A stretch of DNA of 64,000 bases from Anthoceros angustus (Eukaryota; Plantae; Anthocerotophyta). The stretch is from assembly GCA_010909165.1 (NCBI GenBank), contig MU008158.1, positions 955,478 through 1,019,477 of the forward strand, in the 5' to 3' direction. The position numbers and the translations under genes are program-made. This document shows, piece by piece, positions 42,816 through 55,494 of this stretch (the stretch's first letter is position 1; every line of letters begins with the position of its first letter). Below the pieces are notes generated by a model. The model did no database searches. It was not told the origin of the DNA and worked only from the letters and a program-made list of their open reading frames with translations.

Positions 42816-44627
42816 TCATCCAAGAAAGTGACTTAAAATCATGCGGATGAAAGTTAAGTAGCACAGTTTGTCAAGTGCCCGCAAGTGACGAGAGCAACGG
42901 CCTATTGTCTTGAGCACACATCCAAAACTGAAGCCCTTTCTGGGAACCAAGGCCCTGGTCCTTGAGTGACTTCCGTAAGCCCTATATGCCTGCAAAGAGG
43001 CACATCCCCTGCATCCGGAACCATCTGTTTCTAGTGCAACAAGAGAAGACCCATCCCTCCCACAATGGCTACTGCACCTCGTGATGTGGCCCTCTACTGC
43101 AGATGCGTCACAGGACGTCATCCGGGAAGTAGCCTGGCAGTTCTCCAAAAGATATCTGTGCACCACGGGATATTCCCAACACTTTCTCAGTCTAAGACGT
43201 TCAGTCCGATTCCGTGGCCACCTCCAATCGGAGACAGGGATGCCTTCGCAGTCACTTATTTCTGTACAGCTAGGAGGGGACTCTCCGCGTGAAATATGCT
43301 CTGAGGAAGCAGATTGAAAGCTACTGCGGCCCTGCTGATTCCATAGACCTGGTGGCTTGCTTATGAAATTACTACAAGAAGGTCCATCGTGGCGTCCAGA
43401 CGAGCGCATGTCACCATGTCTGCATACTTGCTCCCTCCACTCTCTGCCTCCAGCTACATCTTCCAGAGTAGAGCAGTCTTTCTCTGCGCGGAACAATGTA
43501 GCATCAGCCTGAAATGAGATTTTCTGTGAGCTGCTTCCGAGTTTGTGCCTCGAAAGCGCACGGGACAGGGCACGCATGACACCGTGCTCATAGGTTGCTG
43601 TAGTATGCTGCATGAACATGAAAGCGTCAAAACCAATGGCACATGCAAAATTGAGCTGAGACTGCCAAAGGTTGAGGCTATCTGTGCATGTGACTTTCAG
43701 CAAGTCTTCAGGACCCTTCTCCTCCACGTCCAGGAGCACAACATGACCAGCAAACGCATAAGTCCAGGATGTAGAGGGCAACGCCAGCTTCATGAAGCAC
43801 CGCACTAGCAACTTGATTGGCAAAGGCACGGCCTTCTCAAGGCCCTGAATCATCGGCGCAAATGGCAGCCACTTCAGAATCGAGACCGCCTTGCCGAGAA
43901 CGGACAGACCTTCCAGGTAATCCTCGTGTCCGTAGATCACAGCTTGAAGAGCCGAGACCACGGGAAGAAGCTTCGGCACAAAATCCTTCTTGCCAACCAC
44001 GTGGAAGAACACATCCTTGTAATGCAGGTTGATGACCTCCGCCAGATCCGGACTAGCAAAGAGCGGCGCCCCAAACGTGATGCACCGCACCTGTTGCTCA
44101 AAGCTCCCTCCCATCATCTTCAACACTCGAAGGCTCACCAGAGATGCAACAGCACCCCCAAGAGAATGACCTGTAAAAATGAGCTGCTCCCCACTCTCCA
44201 GCAACTTGCGGAACAACTCCACCGGCACACTCTGCGCTCTCTCCGCAAATCCCCAATGCGCTGCTCCCTGAACATACGGGAGCCGGCTGTGGAAATACTT
44301 CAGGTCCTGCAGCACATCCCTCAAGCTGGAAGTCCCCCTGCAGGCCACAATCACATGCCCGCTCACGCTCCTGGCCACAAAAATGGCCTGTTCCCCCTTC
44401 CCGTCAAATCCATGATGCATCAGAGGAACCACATTCCCGAACTTCTGCCTCAGATCTCCCAGCACAGCATCCGGACTCTCCCCGTACACAGCCGACGAGA
44501 AAAAGAGCGCATGCATCATGTGATCCGTGAAGCATCTGCTCTCGCCCGCCTCTCCCACCCGCTCCATTGCGCAGCAGCAGGGAGACAGGCTGTGGCAGGG
44601 AGCAAGCCAAACCTCCAAATCATGCAC
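42816..44627 (-). CDS. Class-3 lipase (alpha/beta hydrolase), intronless
   Basis: ACRGT, AHWGFAERA, FTGHSLGGAVA (GxSxG), CITFGAP, DFVPKL, later QHT. Start Met uncertain. Confidence 0.85.
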   Translation of the reverse strand: MHDLEVWLAPCHSLSPCCCAMERVGEAGESRCFTDHMMHALFFSSAVYGESPDAVLGDLRQKFGNVVPLMHHGFDGKGEQAIFVARSVSGHVIVACRGTSSLRDVLQDLKYFHSRLPYVQGAAHWGFAERAQSVPVELFRKLLESGEQLIFTGHSLGGAVASLVSLRVLKMMGGSFEQQVRCITFGAPLFASPDLAEVINLHYKDVFFHVVGKKDFVPKLLPVVSALQAVIYGHEDYLEGLSVLGKAVSILKWLPFAPMIQGLEKAVPLPIKLLVRCFMKLALPSTSWTYAFAGHVVLLDVEEKGPEDLLKVTCTDSLNLWQSQLNFACAIGFDAFMFMQHTTATYEHGVMRALSRALSRHKLGSSSQKISFQADATLFRAEKDCSTLEDVAGGREWREQVCRHGDMRSSGRHDGPSCSNFISKPPGLWNQQGRSSFQSASSEHISRGESPPSCTEISDCEGIPVSDWRWPRNRTERLRLRKCWEYPVVHRYLLENCQATSRMTSCDASAVEGHITRCSSHCGRDGSSLVALETDGSGCRGCASLQAYRAYGSHSRTRALVPRKGFSFGCVLKTIGRCSRHLRALDKLCYLTFIRMILSHFLG

Positions 44628-47350
44628 GCAACATTATAGATCAACAGCAACACCACCCGAGCCCTCCGAACGACAATCCTCCTTCCTTCCAGCTACCACC
44701 CCCATTCCAATCCGACGCCTCCGCAGCACATGTATGGACGCACAGCCCACAGATCGGCTCGGAAACCCGACATTCAAGGATGTTTCGGCAAATTGAGGGC
44801 CTCGGAAAGCGGACTAGCAACGGGAGCAGCAAATTTGCTATAATCGGCGGATAGGAGAAACGGGCGTCTGACGACGCTGCCGGATAGCAGCAATCAATCC
44901 ACCGAGACAGCGATGAGGAAGAGAATTGGAGAAGCCGGCTGTTGATGAGGGAGGAGCCGGTGCGGCTTTCCCTTACTTCCTGCCTGCTCTTGCTCTTTTT
45001 TTCCTCGGGTGCCGCAGCTGAGTGTCCTACCTGTCGCCAGTTTGGACTCCACCGATCTGCCCTAAAACCAGGGAAACATGTTCTTTAGATGCAGACTGTG
45101 TGAGGCCGACGCCCCATTGGCAGAGCCGTAGCAAAGAATGTACAAATCGCTGCATCTCGTAGCGTGCGGAGTTGGAGCGTCCTCGTGTCGGGACAGCATC
45201 TGGAGCCTTCCGAGGTGGCGGCTGCAGGGCTCAGCACGTTCTATGTGAATGTCGAGCCCACTTTCTTGATTGGCTGGAAGGTCGGACACGAGGCTGCTTT
45301 GCTAGATAGTTTGGAGGAGAGCCAATTAGGCTGTGTGATAGGAGGGCTGGGGGAAGGCAGGCTGGGATGGAGCGGCTGGTGGTGGCCCAGCCTTGCGTTT
45401 CCTGGCTCTCGTCCACTCGGCCCCGCTCGCTGCAGCGTGCCTCGTCCACATGCCTCAGGGTTCAAGGTTTCTCTGAGGTCAGTTTTTGAGGTTAGCTGTG
45501 ATCGACGTGGCCATTTTCGTGACCTGTGTTCCCTTGGGAGAGTGGGGACGCTGTCGGTCGAGTCGGCCAGCGTGTGTTGTCAAAGAAGCGTGGTCGCCTA
45601 GCCCTGTTTTCCTGTTTTGGTAGATGGAATCCAGGTTGATTGCCAGGAGAGCTTGACGTTAGCTGCTTGCATGTGAAAGCTTGTCTGCATCTCACAAAGT
45701 GTTGGGATTTGTGTCGTGCATAGGTTGCCTTGCTTTCGATGGTTGCGCCCCTGTATGGTGCTGGGTCGGACTGTTGAATTGGTTCCTGTGATGTGAGGTT
45801 GCGGGGTGTGTAGTGGGTGAGCAGCGGCAGCGGCCATGAGATGTGGAGGAATTTAGGTGGATCTCGGTCCTCCTTAACCCGGCGCTTGTCTGTGGCAGGG
45901 AAGGCATACACCATGTCAAACATGTTCCGAACTTTCTCGAAGGGATAGTCTGCTGGGTTTCGCTGCTGTGCTTCTGGGAGCTCTGAGGTGTGACACCAAG
46001 GTCTCAGTGCCCTCCAACACGAGCATCTTTCGCAGAGAGCTTCTTGCGGGGTGTACAACTGTATCTGTGTTTGGGGCTGGGCCACCCAAGATGGCAGCAT
46101 CATTGACAGGGGAGCCGGAGGGTTTGACCGCTCAACGGCAAGGTGAAACCATGGCCTGCACGGAATTGCCGAATTCTGTGGTTGTGTCACAAGACACAAT
46201 CAGACTATTCGATGGTCACGGGGAAGGCGGTGATGCACTCGCCGACCAAGGTTTTCGGATTATGATCCACGCAGCAGGTGAGGATTCATTCCCTGCCCAA
46301 CATCTGCACACCTCCAATGACTTATCAGCCACAACACTTTTGTGAGGGAGGTTGTGAGCTGATGGGCAAGACCCTGCTGTGCGTCCTCATCTTGCAGTAG
46401 CAGGACAGCTTGGAGACGGTTGAGCCAGGACTCAAGTTTGCTGCAACAACACAGAGGCCATCCAGACAGCAATCTCGGGTAAGGAAGTCATCTAAGAAGA
46501 TAGAATCACAGAACGAGGAATCCTGGTAAGGACAGGGAGCAAGATTTCAGAAGTGACTCTCTAAAAGTAGGTTGAAGACCGGCTGAATCATGTTGTCAAA
46601 AAACACCTACCAGGCGACATGTAACATATGTAGAAGAGGAATCCTGGATGGTCTTTCAAGGTCTGTGACTGAGACACACCCACGTGTGCCCTTCAAGCAC
46701 TGGTGAGCATCCCTTCAACTCCAAAACGAGTCAATGAGTGCCAGCTACTGTGGTACCTAACACGAACGCTCTCCTCCCCTTCGATAGCGTCGGTAGAGAG
46801 TCTGGGATCATGGGTAGGCCCAGGCTAATAAACTATCCTCTCAGGTGATCGATCACTGCTGCCGAGAGTGCGGCCACAACCACACAACAACGCGGTGGAT
46901 GAAACGGGTGAGAATTTCGAGGTGGTTAATATTAACAACGCCCCCAAGACAGGAAATAAAACAGCCGCAAAGTAATGGCGCGTACCCCCCGTGGCGAACA
47001 CTGGCTTCCAGTCGCCTCCGGTTCCCGATCTCTGGAGTCCGCACCATGCCCGTCAGCGGCTGAGCCATACCATGAACACGTGCTACCCCATCGTGAGCCA
47101 TGGACGATGCCTCCATACCCACGCCGGCGGCCGGAAACGCTCGTGTTGCCCATCCCGAGCGATTCACGATACCTCCAAGCCCCACGCCGGCGGCCGGAAC
47201 GGGAGCATAGAAACGTACGAGCATGATACGCTTCAGTCGCTGATGCGCACGCCGCAGAGGCCTGGAAGGAGCCGGCTGGTGGCCGGTGTCCGCCTCGGGA
47301 GGAGCGCATCCTGACCTTGTACCTGCATGCTGTGTGTTTGACTAAAGAAC

Positions 47351-48448
47351 ATGAGGATGGGAATGCCAAGCGAACACGGCCTGTGGAGGAAAGGGCAATG
47401 GAATGGGCAAGGGCAACCATGGCTGGGTTTCCAACCCCGGAACTGTCTCAACAGAGGCAACAGGCTTTGCACTCTGTACAATTAATGCGGGAAACTGGCA
47501 ATGCCTAGAGCTGCGTGTCACCTAGGGGGCAGGGGCAGCGGCAGCGGGGTTGGCTTAACGTGGAAGAAGGGCAGCAGGAAGCCCGTGACAACGACAACCG
47601 TGGTGCGTACTCTCTCAGAGGAGACACCAAGCACCTCCTCCATCTGTTCAGAAGCCACGGGTAAGCAAGGCCTTTCCTGGCGCCCTGGCCCGCGTAACAG
47701 CATGATCTGAATTTGCGAGCTGCAGCAGGCCAGGAGCTCTGGAATTGGAGATGTCAGTGCGGGACTACGAATTGGACCAGTATGGAGTGGTGACCAACGC
47801 CGTGTATGCTCAGTACTGCCAGCACGGTAGGTTGACGCGGCCTGGCTTCTCTCACCCGGCGCTAGCCTCACCTCAATCAATCGTCCCGTCCGGCTAACAG
47901 AAATGCTCCGGACCCTGCCAGGCGGCCACGAGCTGATCCAAACCCTGAAACTCAACGCCGACGGAGTGGCGCGCACCGGCAACGCGCTTGCGCTGTCGGA
48001 GCTGTCGTTGAAGTATCTGGCTCCGCTCAGAGTAAGTGCAAACACACGCACTTGCCCGTCTGATGCTGCCGGTTTAGATGTCCTCCCTCAGTCACTCTAC
48101 ACTGCTGAGACTCATGCCATATGCATGTCGTCCAGAGCGGTGACAAGTTCGTGCTCTCCGTGAAGATCACAACTGCCTCGCGAGTTTTCATGGAGCACAG
48201 CATTTACAAACTCCCAGACAGAGGTGTGGATCCTGAATCCTGGATCTGGATCCGGATGCGTACCCCGCCGTCCCTTCCGCTTCCCTGCACTGCTTGCTCT
48301 CTTTAAAATTCTTCCTTGATTGCGTTGTTGTCTGCAGCCGGTGGTGGAATCCAAGGTGACCGTGGTGGGCCTGGAAAAGAAGTACAAATCGTCGCGCCTT
48401 CCAGCAAACTTCAGGTCCAAGCTCACCAAGTTCTTGCGCAATCAATGA
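47351..48448 (+). pseudogene. Disrupted ALT acyl-ACP/acyl-lipid thioesterase copy
   Basis: Same exon layout as the 50889 copy, but with TAA (TCA in the other copy) at about 47483, a 1-nt deletion near 47620 that shifts the exon-1 phase, and substitutions VVNN>VVTN and RHE>GHE. Confidence 0.75.
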
Positions 48449-50888
48449 AGCGTGAAACATGAGTGTCCGCATACATCGATACCCACTGCATGCCCCGGAG
48501 CAGCTTAAGCTTAACTGCCTTTCCGGGCCCCGCCCAGTCCCGCTCTTCCCGCTCCGTCCCGCCCCACCCAATAGATTTTTTTAGTGAAAATAGAGCGAGA
48601 GAGATGTTAGAGAGAAAAAAACGGACAGCGCCAATAACAACCGCATGTGAGAGCCAAGTGACAAGCCAAGGAGAAGAAAGGAGCAGCTAGCACGAGCCAC
48701 TTAGTCACTTGGCTCCCTAAAACTCACCAAGCAATCCCCGCCCGATAGTCGACAGGATTCCGCGCTGGCACAATTTCGTTAGAATATAAAGCTTTATAGA
48801 CCTGCAATTATGGTAAACATTCTCATATCACTCCACCAAGGGAATATGTATGAGACCTACAGACACTAGCAAAGCAAAGCAACCCACAAAGCTATCTGGC
48901 TGGGTGTCATAAGCACAGCATAGTCTAACTTATATACTAACTCTGGTATTGGCCTTCTATCTACCTGGCCTTTGGCGTTCATGTCTAATGACCATCTATC
49001 TACTGAAGTAGGAGCGTATGCTTGCCGAGGGCTTAACAAATTTTGCCACAGCGCGCAGCTCGCGGGGGACTGAGAGAGAAAAGCAACCTTCTCGTGGGAG
49101 TTGTGATGAGGAAGAACCGGAATTGGGGCGGGGTGTGTGGGCCCCAACATGGTCATGGTGGCGACCAGTATCCGTGCCACTGCTGTGTCACGTGGCCGTA
49201 TTTCCTGCACCGCCTTCCCGGCGGGACTCGTTCTTTCTATCTCTGTAGGACGCACCACGAAATGTTTTTTTTTTCCTCGGATGGCGTCCCTCGAGCCAGG
49301 GCCTGACCACGGAACGCGCGTTTCCGCCCACAGCTGGGCGAGACCAGGTCTGCTGTCTGGTGTCGGTGGCCGTGCCCGGATGGTTGCTGTACGCTCTGCT
49401 CGATTTGGTGCTGCAATCGATTATCGGCACCGCTAATTTGTCGGCTCCGCCACCTGGTGTGCCTCCAAAGCAGCTGAACGTCCTTGCCTGGCCCAGCGGG
49501 CTTCAATTCGGGGTGGACTCCTTGGGTCGCGGGAGGTGTAGTTTCTAGTGAGCGGCGGAGATGGGGAGAAATTCGAGTGGATTCTCGGTCCTTCTTAACC
49601 GGGGCCTTAACTGTGGCAGGGGAGGCATGCCGCGTTGCAGGATGTAGGACACGTTCCGAACTTTCTCGAAGATATGATCTGTTGGGCTTGGCGGCTGTGC
49701 TTCCGGGAGCTCTGAGGTGTGATACCATGCTCCTGGTCCCGTCCAACACGAATATCTCTCGCAGGGAGCTTCTGGCGGGGTGTGCAGTGTGCATATGTGC
49801 AACTCAATGTGTGTTTGGGGAGGGGCAAGCCAGGGTGGCAGCATCAGTCGCTGGAGAACTGGAGGATTTGACCGCTCAACCGTAAGGTCAAACCATGGCC
49901 ACCACGGGATTGAAGAATTCTGTGGTTGTGTTATTAGACACGCTCTGACGTTTAATGGTCATGGGAAAGGCGGTGATGGACTTCCTGGATCAAGGTTTCT
50001 GGATTGTGACTCACACAGCAGGTGAGAATTCACTCCATGGCCATCATCTGGCACATCCCGTGACGCATCAGCCACAACACATTTGTGAGGTTCATCTTTG
50101 TGAGGGAGGTTATCAGCTGATGGCTAAGCCTCCTGCTGTGCTTCCTTCTTCAGGGAAGCATATAGTATCTTGCAGCACAGGGCAGCTTTGAGATGGTTTA
50201 GCTAGGACTTCAGTTTGCTGCAACAAAACAATCTCGGGTGAGGAAGTCATGTACTGTAAATATCTAAGAAAAACAGATTCTCGTACGTACACAGAACGAG
50301 GATCAAAGACTCGGAGAAAGAATCTCGTAAGGCAGGGTGAAGGCCATTAATGTCGTCGAAGGGGACATAACCACCAGTCACATTTCAGAAGGGAATCCTA
50401 GTTGATCTTTCAAGGTGTGACTGGAGTCAGTCCCACGTGTGGCCCTTCACCTAGTCACAATCAGGTGAGCATCTCTACAACTCCAAGACGAATTGATGAG
50501 GTGCGAGCTATCTACTGTAGATAGCAGGACCAACACCCACGTTCTCCTTCTCTTCGACAATGTCATAACTAATGAGTTCTCCTCGCAGGTGATACCAGCT
50601 GCCTTTCAAAAGTGCAGCTACGAGACGTGGTGGATGAACCGAAGATGACTAGGGCTTCCTTGTGCCTTATCATATCAAACATTCCGGCAGCTCGTAGAAG
50701 GATCTGTCAATCTAATGTAGTCTGTGAGCTCCGTAAACCTGAAAAGGTAAGTGAGAATTTTGAGGTGGTTAATAACTCCACCTATCACCCGTACCAGGTT
50801 TCGGAGGGTTCCATGTTCGTGTTTCATGTTCAATCCACAAAAGGGAGGGTTCAATCAGCTCGGTGCTACATCCTGTAGGTTTGACAAA

Positions 50889-51922
50889 ATGAGGGTGGGA
50901 ATGCCAAGCCGACATAGCCTATGCAGGGAAGGGCAAGGGCAGCAATGGCTGCGTTGCCAGCTCCAAAGCTGTCCAAGCAGAGGCATCAGGCTTTGCACTT
51001 TTCACAATTCATGCGGGAAACTGGCAAGGCCTAGAGCTGCGTGTAACCTGGGCGGCAGCAGCAGCGGCAGCGGTCTTGGCTTGTCATGGAAGATGAGCGG
51101 CAGGAAGCCCGTGACAACGGCGGTGCGTGCTTTCTCAGAGGGGGATACCAGGCATCTCCTTAATCTGTTTGGGAGCCACGGGTAAGCAAGCCCTTCCCTA
51201 CCGCCCTGGCCCGCGTGACGGCATGTGCTGAATTCGCAAGCTGCAGCATGTCAGGGGCTCTGGAAGTGGAGATGTCAGTGCGGGACTACGAATTGGACCA
51301 GTATGGAGTGGTGAACAACGCCGTGTATGCTCAGTACTGCCAGCACGGTAAGTTGAAGCCGCCTCGCTCTCCAGCCTCACCTCCATCAATCCTCCCGCCC
51401 GGCTAACAGCAATGCTCCCTGCCAGGTCGCCACGAGCTGATCCAAACCCTGGGACTCAACGCCGACGAAGTGGCCCGTAGCGGCAACGCGCTAGCGCTGT
51501 CGGAGCTGTCGTTGAAGTATCTGGCTCCTCTCAGAGTAAGTGCAAACACACGCACTTGCTGTTCCCATGCCGCTGGTAGATGTCCTCCTGAAACTCATTC
51601 CATGTGCTCCAGAGCGGTGACAAGTTCGTGGTAGCCGTGAAGATCACAGGCTCGTCTGCCGCCCGGATTTTCATGGAGCACAACATCTACAAACTGCCCG
51701 ACCGAGAGGTCTAGATCCGTATCCCTCCCTTCCCTTCCGCTTCCGCTTCCCTGCCCTGCTTGCTCTCTCTTACTCAGCAATTCTTCCTTGAATGTCATGT
51801 TACTGCAGCTGGTTCTGGAATCCAAGGGAACCGTGGTGTGCCTCGACAAGAAATACAAGCCGACGCGCATTCCAGCAGACCTCAAGTCGAAGCTCACCAT
51901 GTTCTTACGCAATGAAGCGTGA
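50889..51922 (+). CDS. ALT: ALT/MKS2-type single hotdog-fold acyl-ACP thioesterase, plastid-targeted, 5 coding exons
   Basis: [24 protein letters not shown]|RHELIQTLG...[15 protein letters not shown]|SGDKFVV...YKLPDRE|[22 protein letters not shown]; transit-like exon 1. Confidence 0.9.
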
Positions 51923-52875
51923 AACAGTGTCCGCATCGATAGATACTACTGCATGGCCCGGAACAGGCGGAGCTCAAGCTTAACCGCCTTTGCGGTGCGC
52001 GATGCACCAGATATGTTGATTCCCGCCCGATAGTCGAGATGAGAACGCGCTGTCGCGATTTGGCTATGATGTTCCGCGTCGGCCCACCCGCAACATGTGC
52101 CGTGCCACCTTGCTTACAACGACGCGCTGGGGGTCGGTCACCTGCAACCTTCTCGTGGGATGACGAAGAAACGAAAAGGGGGCTGGAGGCATGGGCCCCT
52201 ACATGGTCATGGAAGGCAGTGGCGGGCACTATCCGTGCAACTGGTGTGTCACGTTGCCGCATTCCCTGCGGCGCCTTCCGGGCGGGACTCTTTCTTTCTC
52301 TCTCTATATTCCTCTCTCTAGGACGCGCCACGAAACTTTTTCCTTTTCCCTCGGCCTTGGCTGTGCCCGGGCCAAGTCCGGACTCCTGACCACGTAACGC
52401 GCGTTTCCGCCCACAGCTGTGCGAGACCAGGCCTGGTCTCGGCGTCCGTGCTGGTGGCCGATCCGGCTCCTGTCCGCCCTGCCCGATTTGGTGCCGCAAT
52501 CGGCAGAGCGAACTTGTCGGATTCTCCGACCTGGCTGCTTGACGGATCGCTGCCTTCAAATCGCTCCTTGCCCGGCCCGACGGGCTACAATTCGGAGCTT
52601 CTTGGGGCTCGCATTGCCCGGGCCGCGCTCGCATTCTGCTCGCTGCAGGAGGCTGCTCCAGGCTCCCGGGATGGAGCAAGCGGAAGCCTGCGGAGGAGGC
52701 ACTTCTGCGCGCCTGCGCTTCTTGGAGGAGTGTGAGCGCGGTGCTGTTTGAGGGGAGTTCCGTGTCTGCCGACAGCGGCCTGTGAAGTCAGTTGAAGTGA
52801 AGGACAAGGGAAAGAAACGGAAAGGTGTTGTTGGGCGGTCTTATGCGTGGCGGTTAGGATTGTGCATTGGTGGCC

Positions 52876-54552
52876 ATGGAGAAGAAGGATGAATCCGAGT
52901 ACTCGACCTACGACGAGCACAAGGACCCGGAGAAGGGCAATCTGCAGCATTTCGGTGTGGAGAAGGGGGCCAAGGACGTCACCTACGTTCAGCCGCGCTT
53001 CTCGAATGAGGCTGTCCCCGACAGGACGGTTCTGTTCAGGTTTCTCCGGCTTCACTTATGTGCTGGTTTGGGTGATTTTGGGTTCTGGTGGGTTGTGGAT
53101 TGACGGGAGCTGTTTGGCAGCGTTGCGTCTGCGGTGGCGTATGCTTCTGCGTCTCTGGCCATGGTGTTCATCAACAAGGCGGTGCTTATGGAGTATCCGT
53201 ACACAATTACCCTGCTTGTATTGCAAGTGAGTGGCCGCCCTTGCCTTGCACTCGGCGCGCTCGGGGTTTTGGTGGGTTCCCTGAGCTGTGGCGGTTGTGG
53301 GATTGTGCAGCAAGTGACGACGGCTACCCTCATTCCTGCTGCTGCCTTTGCTGGTCTCATTTTTGTGCGGCCTATGGACTGGGCGACTGCCAGGAAGCTG
53401 CTTCCTCTCTCCTTGCTCTACAATGCCAACGTGGCATTCGCACTTGCGAGCCTCAAGGGTGTCAACATACCCATGTATGTTGCTCTCAAGAGATTGACGC
53501 CTATCGGGGTGCTCATGGCTGGCTGCTTCACGGGCACCAAGAGACCTTCCTTCCAGGTTCTAACGTCATTTGAAACCACGGACCACCCTTCGTCTGTCTC
53601 TCCCCACCAGACCTTCGCCACTATCTTGTTTTACTGACTCCAACGTGGTTCTGGTGCAGGTGACTCTTGCTGTGGTGTTGACGGGTATGGGGGTCATTGT
53701 AGCAGCCTTCGGCGACTTCAGCTTTGATCTGACTGGCTACTCCATGGGTCTCAGCTCGGTCTTTTTCCAGGTTTCGTAGCTTGCGTCTAGCATAGCACTC
53801 GGGTCTTGTCGTGTTTTGCATGTGCAACCTATCGTTATTACGGGACTAACACTGATGCCCTGCCTGCAGACCGTCTATCTGCTGCTAGTGGAGAAATCTG
53901 GCGGTGAGAAGGGTTTGTCGTCAACAGAGCTTATGCTCTACAATGCTGTGCTCTCTCTTCCTTTTCTTGTCTTGTACATTCTACTTACCGGGGAGGTCAA
54001 TGTCTCTGTACCTCTCCTTCTTGCAAAGGTTTGTACTCTTCTACTCTGATCGCTCTTTTCTCTTGTGTCGGATTTAAATGACTCTCCAAAAATTGACGTG
54101 CCGTCTCTTCTTGCCCTGGCAGGTGGCAGGATCCACATCGTTTTTCACCGTAGTGACCTCCTCCCTATTTATGGGAGTCGTTCTCAATTTCACTATGTTC
54201 CTCTGCACGATCGTGAATTCCGCCCTCACCACAACCATTGTTGGCATGCTGAAGGGAGCTGTCTCAACGGTGATTATCCCATCCACTGTATTCTCTACCT
54301 GAGCTGCTTGTCATCAGGCTGACTTGTCTGCTTTTCTAATGCTACTTCGAATCATTTTTTCAGGTTCTAGGTTTCTTCCTACTGGGAGGGGTTCCGGTCA
54401 CAACGCTCAATGTGGCTGGGCTGGTTATCAACACATGTGGGGGTATATGGTACTCCGCTGCCAAGTATCTTGAGAAGCAGAAAAGAAAGCAGCAGAGTTT
54501 ACCGACGGATGAACAACAACCTTTGGTACCGAGCTCTGTGTCTTCTTACTAG
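52876..54552 (+). CDS. UTR7: Nucleotide-sugar transporter, UTR7-like (SLC35 family), multi-exon
   Basis: AMVFINKAVLMEYP; YNANVAFALASLKGVNIPMYVALKRLTP; GDFSFDL; LNFTMFLCTIVNSALTTTIVGMLKG. Confidence 0.9.
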
Positions 54553-55494
54553 CTCTCGTCTGACCTCTGAATTGTCGAGGCATTCACTAGTAGTCACCTG
54601 TTAGCTTGCTGCTTGAGGCCGACATGGATCGCCTGAAGAAATTTTTTCAGGGGACACGTGTGGGGAAGGGGATTGCTCTTCTTTAGGATAGAGTTAAAGG
54701 GAACTCTTGAGTCTCCTCAACAACGGGTAAAGTCGTGTGCAGGTGCAGAAGCGACCTCTGATCAAGAGAATCAGGAAGGGAAGGGACATACTGATTCACG
54801 TCCTTGCCTTTTGTATTGAAGAAATTCAGTATCTTACCCGGGGGTGGAAAAGCAAATTGTAATATCCTGGTTTTTGGGCTTTCCTATCTGGGCGTCAGGG
54901 CACCTTATGCCATTATCAGCTGTCGGCATCGGGAAGGGTTTATGGGTTGTAGCTGCATCAGCTAGCTACCTCCTCTGTAATATGTCTATTGTAGAAGAAA
55001 GCAGCCTGGGTAGAGAAGGGATACGTTCCCCCTGCGAGCTATCCTTGAACCCGGGTTACCACGTTTATCAAGTGTAAGCTTGATGACTGGATGATGCAGG
55101 CGTCTGAACGAGATAAGAATTTGAGATTTTCGCAAAGACTCGCTGTCTTGTGTGGCAAATACCCCACTGACAGCAACAATGGAGGCAATGGCTCGAACTG
55201 GAGCTGTAATTACCCCCCCTCTTCAGGTAAGATCGGTAGGGGGAATTTCACAGACAAACACGTAGTAAACAAGCATCCGATATGGGTATCAAACGGGTAT
55301 CCAAGGAACAGCTTTCGTTTTGGGTTGGTGAAACGTGTAGATGCCTCTCGCTCTGTTTTGGAGGGACATTCTAACGTGTAGGTGCCATTTCATTGGAACT
55401 TTTATTCTTAAAACGTTAAACCTTAGTATGAAAATGGCGTAGGTAATTAGTTTACCTCTTCTGTTTCCTATTATCCCTTTTGCTATCGCCATTA

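Larger units (their letters stand above)
45790..52520. repeat. Diverged tandem segmental duplication (unit A about 45790-49480, unit B about 49530-52520)
   Basis: Collinear similarity: 45860/49580 (ctcggtcct..ttaacc), ALT genes at 47351/50889, cccgcccgatagtcga at about 48737/52022, and gcaaccttctcgtggga at about 49083/52144. Confidence 0.9.

Noticed and set aside
48650-48720. 12-bp inverted repeat gagccaagtgac/gtcacttggctc with nearby CTAG
   Set aside because: Could be a TE remnant, but the target-site context does not fit a Helitron end and no TSD is seen.
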